39,689 nucleotides of DNA from a virus (Duplodnaviria; Caudoviricetes), in the IMG/VR virus record IMGVR_UViG_3300043414_000666, positions 1 through 39,689 of that record, one strand, 5' to 3'. This document shows, one piece after another, positions 16,428 through 26,135 of this stretch; position 1 is the stretch's first letter; each line of letters begins with the position of its first letter. The notes below the pieces were generated by a model. That model worked only from the letters and a program-made list of their open reading frames with translations, had not been told where the DNA came from and did not search any database. Both the position numbers and the translations under genes were made by a program.

Positions 16428-16688
16428 ATGAGTTCAATTAAAGAATTATGTAAAGATACAAGGCAGGGCGGAACAAATGGGGCTACTTACGAGAATGGCA
16501 CTACTGCTGTTACCGGAAACTTTGGTTCCATCACTGCGCTTGAAAATAGCGTGTTTGCTTTGCTTACAGCATCGAATTGGGATGGAGATGCAACAACCTC
16601 TCTTCCACTGCCTGCCGGAGCAACCATCTACGGCAAGTTCACTGCATTCACCCTGACAAGTGGAAAAGTAGTCGCATACAAGGCCTAA
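16428..16688 (+). CDS. Small beta-rich virion protein
   Basis: LPAGATIYGKFTAFTLTSGKVVAY pattern; structural operon. Confidence 0.75.
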   Translation: MSSIKELCKDTRQGGTNGATYENGTTAVTGNFGSITALENSVFALLTASNWDGDATTSLPLPAGATIYGKFTAFTLTSGKVVAYKA

Positions 16689-16692
16689 TCAT

Positions 16693-17529
16693 ATGCCTAG
16701 CGTAAAAGAACTCTATAAGAAGTTATCGGACGTAAAGATTGACGCAAATAGCGTCAATCTAAATACAGATACACTAGAGTCTCTTCTATCTACAACGCAA
16801 ACTGACGTTGCGCTAATCAAAGCTGATATGGCTAATGGAGTGTCAGTTAATGGAGATGTTAATGCAAATATCATTCCATCCCAAGTATCCGATGGTATTC
16901 AGAATTATACAGATAACATAGGGCAAATTCCTGTTTTTGCTAACCTTGATCCATATCAAATTGGTCAAGGAATTGAGCGTTATATAGAGGACTACGGCAA
17001 TAACATACCAGTGAATGAGGCCAATTCAGCAACTATCAATTCTTCTGTATCATCTATTAGTTCTGCCATAGGCGCACAAACAGACTCAGTTGCCACAACC
17101 GACACTAACAACTGGACAGTAATAGCGTTTATCAAGCGTGGAATGCAAAACTGGACAAGCCTTCTAGGGAGGATTCCGGCTCTTGTTTCTGGCAGAATAC
17201 CAGTTGACGGATCGGGTGTAACTCAACCAGTTAGCGGAACAGTAACTGTTAATGATGCTCAAGGCACAACCGTAACCAAAAGTTCTTTTACAAGTACAAC
17301 TGCTTCAACATCATTGGTAGCTTCAAGCGCAAACAGGAGAATGCTCACAGTGTTCAACGAAGGTGCTGGGACGCTTTACGTTTCCGCTGGATCAACTTGT
17401 ACAACGACAGCTTATCAGGTGAGGCTATCTTCTGGTGATTATTGGGAATGTCCGTCCAGTCAAGCCTCACTTGCTCACACGGCAGTCTTTGCTTCAACCG
17501 GTTCTGCAAGAGTAACTGAAATAGTCTAA
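16693..17529 (+). CDS. Putative virion fibre/decoration protein
   Basis: S/T-rich; VDGSGVTQPVSG and ANRRMLTVFNEG motifs. Confidence 0.75.
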   Translation: MPSVKELYKKLSDVKIDANSVNLNTDTLESLLSTTQTDVALIKADMANGVSVNGDVNANIIPSQVSDGIQNYTDNIGQIPVFANLDPYQIGQGIERYIEDYGNNIPVNEANSATINSSVSSISSAIGAQTDSVATTDTNNWTVIAFIKRGMQNWTSLLGRIPALVSGRIPVDGSGVTQPVSGTVTVNDAQGTTVTKSSFTSTTASTSLVASSANRRMLTVFNEGAGTLYVSAGSTCTTTAYQVRLSSGDYWECPSSQASLAHTAVFASTGSARVTEIV

Positions 17530-17535
17530 AATAGT

Positions 17536-18153
17536 ATGCTTACCAAAGCACCAGTTCCTCCTCCGTTTCCGATTACTGGATACGATGCCAGTAACAAAAG
17601 GTTTTGGACTTCCGACTGTCCAAACTTCAGCACAAGTGGTTCAGGTGGTGTTATTACTAATGGACAAACATGTTTGTATCCATTCTATATTAAATACGAT
17701 GTCCCAGCCAATGCCCTTGAGATGAAGGCATATTATTATGCAAACGGCTATTCTCAGTCTGGTTTCTCGAATGTATGTCACTGGGGAATGTATAGAGTAG
17801 GGTCTAGTTTATTAGACTCTGCACTTGTTGAGACAATAACTGCATCTGATACATCCAACTATCTTTCTGGAAGTAAAACCCAAACACTTACTTCTGCATA
17901 TACGAAGGGATGGTATGTTGCGTGTGTTGTTGCAATATCTGGCCAGACATACGGGAATACAACAAATGTTCTACCACAAAGCGCAGATGTGTTTGGTTAC
18001 AGTGGAACTGTTGGTTCATCTTCTATTTATAATAAACAAGGTGCTGGGGTGGCTTGTTTGTCTGGACAAACATCTGGACTACCCTCCTCTTTAACCTCTG
18101 CATCTATTGTATTCACTAACCAGTATGGAATACCAGTCTGGTTGAAATACTGA
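17536..18153 (+). CDS. Putative virion beta-sandwich protein
   Basis: S/T/G/Y-rich; AT-rich codon use. Confidence 0.72.
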   Translation: MLTKAPVPPPFPITGYDASNKRFWTSDCPNFSTSGSGGVITNGQTCLYPFYIKYDVPANALEMKAYYYANGYSQSGFSNVCHWGMYRVGSSLLDSALVETITASDTSNYLSGSKTQTLTSAYTKGWYVACVVAISGQTYGNTTNVLPQSADVFGYSGTVGSSSIYNKQGAGVACLSGQTSGLPSSLTSASIVFTNQYGIPVWLKY

Positions 18154-18281
18154 TGAACTATTTATTTCTTATCCCAATCACAGTTATGTTCTTTTCGTGT
18201 TGCGGGAAAAAAGAATCAAACAACAACCTTCCCCGTTACTCAGACATGGGTGCGGCTGAAGATGCGGGTAAGGCAAAATGA
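18153..18281 (+). CDS. Small lipoprotein, 42 aa (MNYLFLIPITVMFFSCCGKKESNNNLPRYSDMGAAEDAGKAK)
   Basis: Not in the ORF track; TGATG coupling; FFS-C lipobox-like site. Confidence 0.65.
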   Translation: MNYLFLIPITVMFFSCCGKKESNNNLPRYSDMGAAEDAGKAK

Positions 18282-18436
18282 CCAAGGAGGACCAAGTAGT
18301 TAGGTGCCTTCAATATATGTTGGACGAAGGATTCTGCTCACTTGGTTACTCACAAGGCGAACCCTGCGTTTTCTTGGAGACTAGTATCAACGATGCTCAG
18401 GAAGCTATTAAGTCAATCAGCGGGAGTGAGTCGTGA
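18278..18436 (+). CDS. Hypothetical protein, 52 aa (MTKEDQVVRCLQYMLDEGF...)
   Basis: Not in the ORF track; ATGA and GTGA overlaps at its ends. Confidence 0.65.
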   Translation: MTKEDQVVRCLQYMLDEGFCSLGYSQGEPCVFLETSINDAQEAIKSISGSES

Positions 18437-18702
18437 ACTTAATCGAGAGGTGTCTTTTTTGGCTTTGGGCCAAGCTATTTCTTGGAAGAATGAACTCTCA
18501 AATCCTTGAAAGGGCGATGAGGCTATCAAAGGATCATAACATGGATGCCGGAGAGTTGGGCTACGATCCACGCACCAAACACCTAATTTCTTACGCAAAG
18601 GTCAGGAAGGATCTTGGCAACCCCGAGACTCTGACCGGAGCAATTATTCATATCGCAGTGGCAGTATCCTACCTTGAGGGCCACGGCAGGAAGGATGATT
18701 AG
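18433..18702 (+). CDS. Hypothetical protein
   Basis: GGGAG upstream; coupled ORF. Confidence 0.7.
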   Translation: MNLIERCLFWLWAKLFLGRMNSQILERAMRLSKDHNMDAGELGYDPRTKHLISYAKVRKDLGNPETLTGAIIHIAVAVSYLEGHGRKDD

Positions 18703-18979
18703 TGTCATGGGGATTGATATGGTGGACGCAATCGTAGAGATGAAGGAGCGTCTAGCTCGTCTCGAGGAAGTCCAGCGTTCCATGCAGGAGCGTCAAAAGC
18801 ATATCTGCGACATTGTAGAGAAGCAGGCCTGCAATCTTGGGGAATGGGTTGAGCGTATCTCTATGAGGGTTAGTGCGATAGAGAGCATATGGGCCAAGCT
18901 ATTAGGTGCGGCAACCGTGATAAGTATTATTTTCTCGTTTCTCTTTGACTGGATTAAGTCCCGTCTTACAGGTCACTAG
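18695..18979 (+). CDS. Coiled-coil protein with C-terminal TM helix (XhlA/holin-like architecture)
   Basis: MKERLARLEE heptads, then KLLGAATVISIIFSFLF; start uncertain. Confidence 0.6.
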   Translation: MISVMGIDMVDAIVEMKERLARLEEVQRSMQERQKHICDIVEKQACNLGEWVERISMRVSAIESIWAKLLGAATVISIIFSFLFDWIKSRLTGH

Positions 18980-18989
18980 GAGCAAAATT

Positions 18990-20180
18990 ATGGCAGAAAT
19001 TAGCACAACACAAAGTTTCTCTGACGGAGATACAGTAACGGCAACAAAGCTGAATAACATTCAAGCGAATGCTTCCATTCAGCCGGAAGCAATTACAAAC
19101 AAATCAGCGGAGACTGTTGTAGATTCAGCTAACGATTATCTGCTGATGTATGATTCCTCTGCGGCTTCTCTTAAGAAGGTCATTCCGTCGAACATAGTAA
19201 AAGCAGGAACATCTTCCGACTTCTCGGTTGGTGGGAATGCAACAGTCATAGGGACTCTCGGAGTGACTGGTCTTATTACTGCAACTGGCGGGGTGAGCGG
19301 GGCTATTACGGGTAACGTGACTGGCAACCTGACGGGCAATGTAACTGGTAATGTCACAGGGAATGTAACCGGAAACGTAAGCGGCTCGGCTGGGTCATGC
19401 ACGGGGAATGCCGGAACCGCAACTGCCTTGGCTACTGGACGCACGATAGGGATTACAGGTGATGTAACCTATACGTCCCCATCATTCAACGGATCGGCAA
19501 ACGTAACCGCAACCTCCACACTAGCATCTACTGGTGTCACGGCAGGAACCTACGGTGATACGACAACGATCCCGTGTATTACGGTGGATGCCAAGGGAAG
19601 GCTTACTAGCGTTACAACCAATACTGCGACGATCCCTGATGGGTATGTATCTACTGCCAAGATTGCTGATCTAGCGATCACTACTGGAAAACTTAACGAT
19701 TTGGCAGTCACTACCGCAAAGATCACTGATTCCTCGGTCACTACCGCAAAGATCAATGATGCGGCTATTACTACAGCTAAAATTGCAGACTCTTCCGTAA
19801 CTAGCGCAAAGGTTGACTCAGCCGGAGTGTGTGTTCTCGGCACTGCTCAGGAGTTCACAAGGACTCACAACTTCAACGCCACGACTCTTACTGATGGTGC
19901 TACGATCTCTTGGGACCTGTCTCAGAACCAAGTATGCTCCGTGACTCTTGGCGGGAATAGGACGCTCGCCAATCCTACAAATCAAGTTGACGGCTCCGTA
20001 TATATCCTAGTTGTAAAACAGGATGCGACAGGAGGCAGGACTCTCACGTTTTCTTCAGCCTATAAGTTCGCAGGAGGCACTGCGCCGACAATCACTTCAA
20101 CGGCAAACAAGGTTGACGTTCTGACATTTATCTCAGACGGAACCAATATGCTTGGTGTGGCTAGTCAAAGTTTCCTCTAA
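18990..20180 (+). CDS. Tail fibre protein
   Basis: VTATKLN anchor, tandem TGNV repeats, 10-aa xTTAKIxD repeats, C-terminal QDATGGRT domain; AGGAG RBS. Confidence 0.85.
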   Translation: MAEISTTQSFSDGDTVTATKLNNIQANASIQPEAITNKSAETVVDSANDYLLMYDSSAASLKKVIPSNIVKAGTSSDFSVGGNATVIGTLGVTGLITATGGVSGAITGNVTGNLTGNVTGNVTGNVTGNVSGSAGSCTGNAGTATALATGRTIGITGDVTYTSPSFNGSANVTATSTLASTGVTAGTYGDTTTIPCITVDAKGRLTSVTTNTATIPDGYVSTAKIADLAITTGKLNDLAVTTAKITDSSVTTAKINDAAITTAKIADSSVTSAKVDSAGVCVLGTAQEFTRTHNFNATTLTDGATISWDLSQNQVCSVTLGGNRTLANPTNQVDGSVYILVVKQDATGGRTLTFSSAYKFAGGTAPTITSTANKVDVLTFISDGTNMLGVASQSFL

Positions 20181-20185
20181 TAGTC

Positions 20186-21808
20186 ATGGCTTATCCGGTC
20201 ATGCCACTTGGCTTCCTTGCTGGTAGCCAAAGCGATAATGATGCTTACCAGATAGCTCGTAGCCTTCGCTTCAACACATCAGACAGCAGTTCGCTTACCA
20301 AGACATATTCCACGGGATCGGCCCCGACAAGCTGGACATTAAGCGTGTGGCTGAAGAGATCGTCTCTTTCAACGGTATCTAGCATATTTTCATCCAGAAG
20401 CGGCAACTCGGTAACTCAGCTTGAGTTTGCCTCTGATGACAAACTATCCCTTGTCGGGACGAACTCGGGCGGGTCATTGACGATGAACATTAAGACATCC
20501 GAGGTGTTCAGGGATGTTACAGCTTGGTATCACTTGGTTTTGTCGGTGGATACGGCACAGGCTACTGCCTCGGATCGGGTAAAGATTTATGTCAACGGAT
20601 CTCAGATTACGTCATTCACTACATCCACCTACCCTCCACAAAACTCAACCTATGCAACCTTTGGCGCAACTGAGCATAGCCTAGGGGCAAGACTCCTAGC
20701 TTCATCCGGAGTCGATTCGTACTTCAGCGGGTACATGACTGAGGCTATTGGAGTCGATGGGCAGGCTTTAACTCAATCGAGTTTCGGTAGCACAAATACT
20801 ATCAATAATCGGTGGAATGCCATCGGTTATAGCGGGACCTACGGAACGAATGGATTTCTTCTCAAGATGTCGGACAATAGCTCCGTTGCGGCTTTGGCAT
20901 ACGATACTGCAAACTCAAAGAACTGGACGGCAAACAACTTCTCAGTTACGGCAGGAACAGGAAACGATAGTTTTGTAGATAGTCCTACAAATTACGGAAC
21001 AGATACCGGAGTAGGAGGTGAGGTGAGGGGGAGCTATGCCACCATTAATCCGCTATACCAATACGGAAGTACATTATCCAATGGGAACTTAGATTTTTCT
21101 AGCTCTTCTACTTTTGGTCAATCAATGGCTAATTTTGCAGTAAGCACTGGCAAGTGGTATTGGGAGCTAATAGTAGGAACAGCAGGTTATCTTGTCGGAA
21201 TAGCGCAGGTAGGTCAATCCTTCCCATTTCAATGGGGAACCTCAAAGACATGGTATAGTGCAAATGGAAACTTTTATGATGGAGGGACAAGTAGCGGATC
21301 TCCTGCGGTAACCTATACGACTAATGATATAATAGGTTATGCGCTCGATCTTGTTGCAGGAACATTCAAAGTATATAAAAATAATACGTTAATTGGAACA
21401 GTTGCATCTGGATTAACTGGAAGTTGGTATCCTGCATTTAGTGGAAACGATGGTGGTGGGACACGGACTGGAACATGGAACTTTGGCCAACGTCCATTCG
21501 CCTATACAGCACCTTCCGGACATAGCGCATTATGTTCAGTCAATCTAAACAAGAGCACTGCAATCACGACTAGCGGTTCTTTCATAGGAAACGCAAGCAC
21601 CGACGGAACATACGTTTGGCTGAACGGAACTCCAACGGCAATGACAATTAACGGAAATGCGGTGACTTTTGGAACTCATGCAGATCGTCTTGCCTCAGGA
21701 TTCAAGCTGAGGACTGCTTCAACAAGCTATAATGCTTCAGGATCTAATACATTTTCAATTACCACTACCGGAGCTAAGTATAAATACGCAAGGGCGCAAA
21801 CAAACTAA
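20186..21808 (+). CDS. Concanavalin A/LamG plus SPRY-domain virion protein (receptor-binding candidate)
   Basis: SLRFN, WTLSVWLKR, FRDVTAWYHLV (LamG-like); STGKWYWE, DIIGYALDL, YKNN, NFGQRPF (SPRY-like). Confidence 0.85.
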   Translation: MAYPVMPLGFLAGSQSDNDAYQIARSLRFNTSDSSSLTKTYSTGSAPTSWTLSVWLKRSSLSTVSSIFSSRSGNSVTQLEFASDDKLSLVGTNSGGSLTMNIKTSEVFRDVTAWYHLVLSVDTAQATASDRVKIYVNGSQITSFTTSTYPPQNSTYATFGATEHSLGARLLASSGVDSYFSGYMTEAIGVDGQALTQSSFGSTNTINNRWNAIGYSGTYGTNGFLLKMSDNSSVAALAYDTANSKNWTANNFSVTAGTGNDSFVDSPTNYGTDTGVGGEVRGSYATINPLYQYGSTLSNGNLDFSSSSTFGQSMANFAVSTGKWYWELIVGTAGYLVGIAQVGQSFPFQWGTSKTWYSANGNFYDGGTSSGSPAVTYTTNDIIGYALDLVAGTFKVYKNNTLIGTVASGLTGSWYPAFSGNDGGGTRTGTWNFGQRPFAYTAPSGHSALCSVNLNKSTAITTSGSFIGNASTDGTYVWLNGTPTAMTINGNAVTFGTHADRLASGFKLRTASTSYNASGSNTFSITTTGAKYKYARAQTN

Positions 21809-21829
21809 GAATATACTAAGGAGACAACA

Positions 21830-22561
21830 ATGAACTTACTGGACATGGCAACATTCGTAACGGCAAAGATCGGGAAAACCGACTCCGACTCAGTATCTCA
21901 ATGCAAAGAGTTTCTTGCGAGGAGATATGAGCTTATCTGGTCTAGTCAGCTTTGGAGGGACACCCTCGGAACATCGACGCAAACAGTCCCTTCCGGCACA
22001 CAGGATGTGACTATCTCGAACAGTGCGATTGACCAGATTGTAGCCGTTAGATGGTCTGATACCACTCTTGGTCCGGTACAATATGAAGCTGTCTATGCGA
22101 TTGATCCCACTTTATTTGACAATACCGGAACCCCCCTAGGTTTCGTAACTCTGCCTAAGACATCGAGCGGTGTATGCCAACTCAGGCTCGTCCAGACTCC
22201 TTCCGAGACAAAGACGTTATCCGTTCTTGGTAAGATCAAACTGCGGATTATCGACGGATCTTCACAATTCCAAACCCGCAATCTGACTAGCGATACCGAT
22301 AGTCCTGCTCTTAACGGCATAGACAACGCCCTCCTTGCTTTTGCCGAAGGGGATATGCTCACTCGGGACCGTCAATACTCAAAGGCTCAAATGATGTACG
22401 GGGACGGGGTAGCTCAAATCAAAGTGGCTACAAACATTGAGAAGGGGCAGTCAGCCTACAACCTTACCGTAACTGCCGTAGATTCCGGTGAGTGGTCTAG
22501 GTCGGATTGGGATTATCCGGTCTATTCCGGATCGAAATCGGCCTTCTTGGGATACCTGTAA
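21830..22561 (+). CDS. Putative head-tail adaptor (tail tubular protein A-like)
   Basis: Size and position before the nozzle gene; TGTP motif; AAGGAG RBS. Confidence 0.7.
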   Translation: MNLLDMATFVTAKIGKTDSDSVSQCKEFLARRYELIWSSQLWRDTLGTSTQTVPSGTQDVTISNSAIDQIVAVRWSDTTLGPVQYEAVYAIDPTLFDNTGTPLGFVTLPKTSSGVCQLRLVQTPSETKTLSVLGKIKLRIIDGSSQFQTRNLTSDTDSPALNGIDNALLAFAEGDMLTRDRQYSKAQMMYGDGVAQIKVATNIEKGQSAYNLTVTAVDSGEWSRSDWDYPVYSGSKSAFLGYL

Positions 22562-22564
22562 AAA

Positions 22565-24166
22565 ATGCCGATAGTCTCAAATAGTGGGTTGGATGACCCA
22601 ATCCTCTTTGACACGACATCCTCCTTTGTCGGTGGGGTAAATAATATCTCTGCCACAAAGTTGCTTGAGGCAACTCAAGGATCGGAGTTCATCAATGTTG
22701 ACATTGATCGGGTTGGGAATGCAGTAACAAGAAGAGGAACGACTAGCGTTTCCGCAACTGCCGTTCCTGAGGGGTCTGCGTCAATTCAGGGGATGTATTA
22801 CTTTGATACTGGATCGGTAAATCAGCTTGTCATAGCCAAGAATAGAAAGATTTTCTGGTATAACGGAGTAGTTGGAAGCGGGTCTTGGACTCGAGACTCA
22901 TCATCTTACTTAACAAATGCCTCTGATGATGTTGTCAACTTCGCACAGCTTTCCGATAAACTATATTTCTGTGACGGGGTAAGCAACATCAAGACATTTA
23001 ACGGAACTGCTGTTGCCTCGATTCCTTCTTCGGCAAATGCACCTACCGGAGTAAAGTTTCTATGTTCTCACACGAACAGGATGTTTGCTATAAGAACATC
23101 AGAACCTGATACAATCTATGTATCAGATATTTTAAGCGCAGATGGAACTGGTGCATGGTCTAGTATTGACTCTTTTAGAGTTGGTGGAGATGGAGAACCA
23201 ATTACAGGAATATCTTCTTGGACTGGTTTCCGTCTTGTTGTTTTCAAGCAGAACTCAACATATGTTATTACAACTGATCCTACCGCTTCATCAATATCTA
23301 GTTGGCCGATTGAGATAGTAAGTGGTGATATTGGTTGTGTTGCTAGAAATAGTATTTGCCAAATTGGTGCAAATATCTACTGGCTTGCACAAGATGGTGT
23401 CCGGAGTATGCAAAGAATCCTTCAGGGTACGGATCAAGAAATTAGTGAACCACTTTCAAAGATTATTGACTCCACGATTCAGGAGATCAATAGGACATAC
23501 ATCAGTAAGGCATCAGCCGCTTACTATAAGAACAGGTACATTTTATCTGTTCCAATCGGATCATCTGCAACAAATAACTGCTCTATCGTCTATAATACAG
23601 TCCATAAAGCGTGGTCAGGAAAATGGACTAATTTCTCATCAAATGAGTTCTGTCACTATACAAATAGTCCATCTAACTGCCTAGTTTTTGCGACTCCATC
23701 TGGATCAGTCCTTCAATGGAGGGAGTGGATAAAGGATGATAATGAGGTTGCTAGCGATTATCAAGACTCCGGAGAAAACATACGGACAAGCCTCACGACT
23801 CGAGAGTTCACATTCGGTGAAACGATGAGTTATAAGAGTCTTAACAATATCGAAGTTCAGTTTTACTCGTCCTTGGCCTACTGCTCGATCTCTTTGATAA
23901 ATGAAAATGGGGACACGGTTACTGCTTTTTCCAACATAGATAGTTCGGCCTACTCCGGTGGGCTTGGGTCATTGATCCTTCCGTTTGTTCTTAATTCAAG
24001 TGCCGTTATCAGGAACCAGAAGGCTAAACGAAGGGCAAGGAGCCTCCTAGGGAATCAGCCAGTAAAGGGGGTTCAGGTATTGGTCGAAAGCAGTTCAGGA
24101 AAACTTAACCTTCAAGCGGTGATCGTGAGCGCATTCTTGGATGCCTTTGTGAACGAAGAACTATGA
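22565..24166 (+). CDS. Putative tail nozzle / DNA stabilisation protein (P22 gp10 / tubular B-like)
   Basis: FVGGVN, HTNRMF, LVVFKQNS, IGCVARNS, YWLAQDGV beta-propeller pattern. Confidence 0.8.
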   Translation: MPIVSNSGLDDPILFDTTSSFVGGVNNISATKLLEATQGSEFINVDIDRVGNAVTRRGTTSVSATAVPEGSASIQGMYYFDTGSVNQLVIAKNRKIFWYNGVVGSGSWTRDSSSYLTNASDDVVNFAQLSDKLYFCDGVSNIKTFNGTAVASIPSSANAPTGVKFLCSHTNRMFAIRTSEPDTIYVSDILSADGTGAWSSIDSFRVGGDGEPITGISSWTGFRLVVFKQNSTYVITTDPTASSISSWPIEIVSGDIGCVARNSICQIGANIYWLAQDGVRSMQRILQGTDQEISEPLSKIIDSTIQEINRTYISKASAAYYKNRYILSVPIGSSATNNCSIVYNTVHKAWSGKWTNFSSNEFCHYTNSPSNCLVFATPSGSVLQWREWIKDDNEVASDYQDSGENIRTSLTTREFTFGETMSYKSLNNIEVQFYSSLAYCSISLINENGDTVTAFSNIDSSAYSGGLGSLILPFVLNSSAVIRNQKAKRRARSLLGNQPVKGVQVLVESSSGKLNLQAVIVSAFLDAFVNEEL

Positions 24167-24585
24167 CGGTTACTGCTTCAATGGCGGCTGATTGGGTCAG
24201 CACAAGGATGAAGGGGTGGGAGAATGTGACTCATACGACGAATGTTCTTCAGTGGTATATGAATAACGAGCTTTGCGGGATAGCTACTGATGGGCATGAG
24301 ATCAGGGGTGTAGCTTGCGTCAGGTTCTTGAATCAGGAAGAAGATGGTCTTGATCCATATAAGCATGATCCGAATGGAAATTGCACTTGGGTCGAGCTAG
24401 TGGTTGCAGATCAAGGATTTGCAATATCTTCTTTATTTAATCTCCTATGGTCTAAATACGGAAGAAGGCCTTTCGTTGCTTACCGGAGGGGCTTAAAGAA
24501 CGGGAAAATCAGGAAGTTCGGTGTCGATATGTTTGACCGCATGAACTCCTATTGCATGAAAAATCTAACGCTTGCCACTCAATAA
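24163..24585 (+). CDS. Hypothetical protein, possibly GNAT-like
   Basis: Occupies the slot between nozzle and ejection genes. Confidence 0.7.
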   Translation: MTVTASMAADWVSTRMKGWENVTHTTNVLQWYMNNELCGIATDGHEIRGVACVRFLNQEEDGLDPYKHDPNGNCTWVELVVADQGFAISSLFNLLWSKYGRRPFVAYRRGLKNGKIRKFGVDMFDRMNSYCMKNLTLATQ

Positions 24586-24609
24586 AGTGGCACTACATGG
24601 AGGAAAACA

Positions 24610-26124
24610 ATGTTTTTAGAACAAAGACTTTTTAACGAGAAGTGGTCGCATTCCTTCTCAGGGATGTTTTGGAATAGCATGGTATTTTATGGTGGATCTC
24701 CGCCATCTCCGCCCCCTCCCCCTGCCGCTCCTGACTATGCGGCGGCTAATCGTGCTGGTGTAATTGCCGATGTTGAAACACTTGGTGCAAAGAAGTCTAT
24801 TGAGCAAGCCGCAAAGGTTGGTGGCACTGCACTTGGTTTTGGAGTAACGACAAAAACTGATGACAAAGGTAATGTTAAATACTACCAAACATTTGATGAT
24901 AAAGGTGCAAGGTATAGTAGTCCTATTGAGATTGAGAAGTCTGAGGCAGTGCTAGATTTTAGCGGTAAGTCGGATCTTGACGTTGCTAAGGCTCAGGCTG
25001 ATTTCCAGAGAAAAGAGGAAAGAGTAAATGCTCAAAACTCTCTGGATCTTCAGAGTGAATATGGAACCAAGTTTGCGGAGCAGGCAAAGGACCAATTAAA
25101 AGCCCTCGATCCAACCGGATATGCCAACCGAGAACTATTGGGAGAGAAGGTTGCTAATACGAAGTTTGAGGGAGTTTCGGATGGTCCTGAGTTCAAGAAG
25201 AATGAGTCCGGACCTAGCTACGAGATGAGCAATGATGGACCTTCGCTTGCTCGTCAGGCCTACGGTCCTCAGTTTCAAGCAGGAGACGAGAACGCAGGTG
25301 GAGGCAATGCCGCAAAAGGCAGGGCTGAGATTGAGCGTCAGCTTGGCGAAAATCTTTTCAATAACGGAAAACTTACCGATGAGCAGGCTCGTCGGCTGAA
25401 CAATTCTGTCCGTGGGGCTCAAACTGCTCGAGGCAACATCTACGGGAATGCTCCTACCGCTCAGGAAATCCTGACTCGCTCAGGAGCAGAGCAGGACATG
25501 GCTCGTCAGGCTCGTTCTGATGTTGTCGGTTATCTGCAATCAGGACAGAGCAGTTACGACATCGCCAATGCGATTCGGCAGGAATCCAATCAGCTAGCCC
25601 AACAAGGCTACATGAACTATTCGACGGCTAACTCCGTCAATAATGCGCTTGCCCAACAAGAGTTTCAGAATCAACAGACTGCTCTTGGGCAAAGGAACCA
25701 AGCCCAACAGTCGATGTATCAGAATGATCTCAGTGCAAACACCGCAAACAATCAGCTAGCTCAACAGGCTTACGGCAATCAGCTAGCGGCAGTTCAGCAG
25801 AGGAATGCGGCCTCCCAACAGGGGATCGCAAACCTTCAGTCCTATGCCGGACTTCAGCCGATTGTCACGCAGGGCGGACAACTTGGAAACTTGGGTCAGG
25901 GTGCGGCTCCGACGATCCAGACTCCGATCCCGCAGGGGGCCAATATAAACCCAAACGCAGGACAGACCGGAGCAAACTTCGCTCTTGGCGTTTATGGAAA
26001 TCAGACAAGCCAGTACAACGCTCAACTTGGATACCTAGCAAGCACCTATAATACATCTCAGCAGTACAATAGCCCTCTTTCTTGGATAACGGGAGTCGGC
26101 GGGGTTGCGGCTAAGATTGTTTAA
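24610..26124 (+). CDS. Putative DNA ejection / internal virion protein
   Basis: PPPAAPDY N-motif, Q/N/A-rich repeats, amphipathic Gly-rich C-terminus; GGAGG RBS. Confidence 0.75.
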   Translation: MFLEQRLFNEKWSHSFSGMFWNSMVFYGGSPPSPPPPPAAPDYAAANRAGVIADVETLGAKKSIEQAAKVGGTALGFGVTTKTDDKGNVKYYQTFDDKGARYSSPIEIEKSEAVLDFSGKSDLDVAKAQADFQRKEERVNAQNSLDLQSEYGTKFAEQAKDQLKALDPTGYANRELLGEKVANTKFEGVSDGPEFKKNESGPSYEMSNDGPSLARQAYGPQFQAGDENAGGGNAAKGRAEIERQLGENLFNNGKLTDEQARRLNNSVRGAQTARGNIYGNAPTAQEILTRSGAEQDMARQARSDVVGYLQSGQSSYDIANAIRQESNQLAQQGYMNYSTANSVNNALAQQEFQNQQTALGQRNQAQQSMYQNDLSANTANNQLAQQAYGNQLAAVQQRNAASQQGIANLQSYAGLQPIVTQGGQLGNLGQGAAPTIQTPIPQGANINPNAGQTGANFALGVYGNQTSQYNAQLGYLASTYNTSQQYNSPLSWITGVGGVAAKIV

Positions 26125-26135
26125 GGAGATTTCAT

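Noticed and set aside
18990-21808. Diversity-generating retroelement or invertible tail-fibre cassette
   Set aside because: No reverse transcriptase, template/variable repeat pair, invertase or flanking inverted repeats; the TGNV and TTAKI repeats are ordinary protein repeats with diverged codons.
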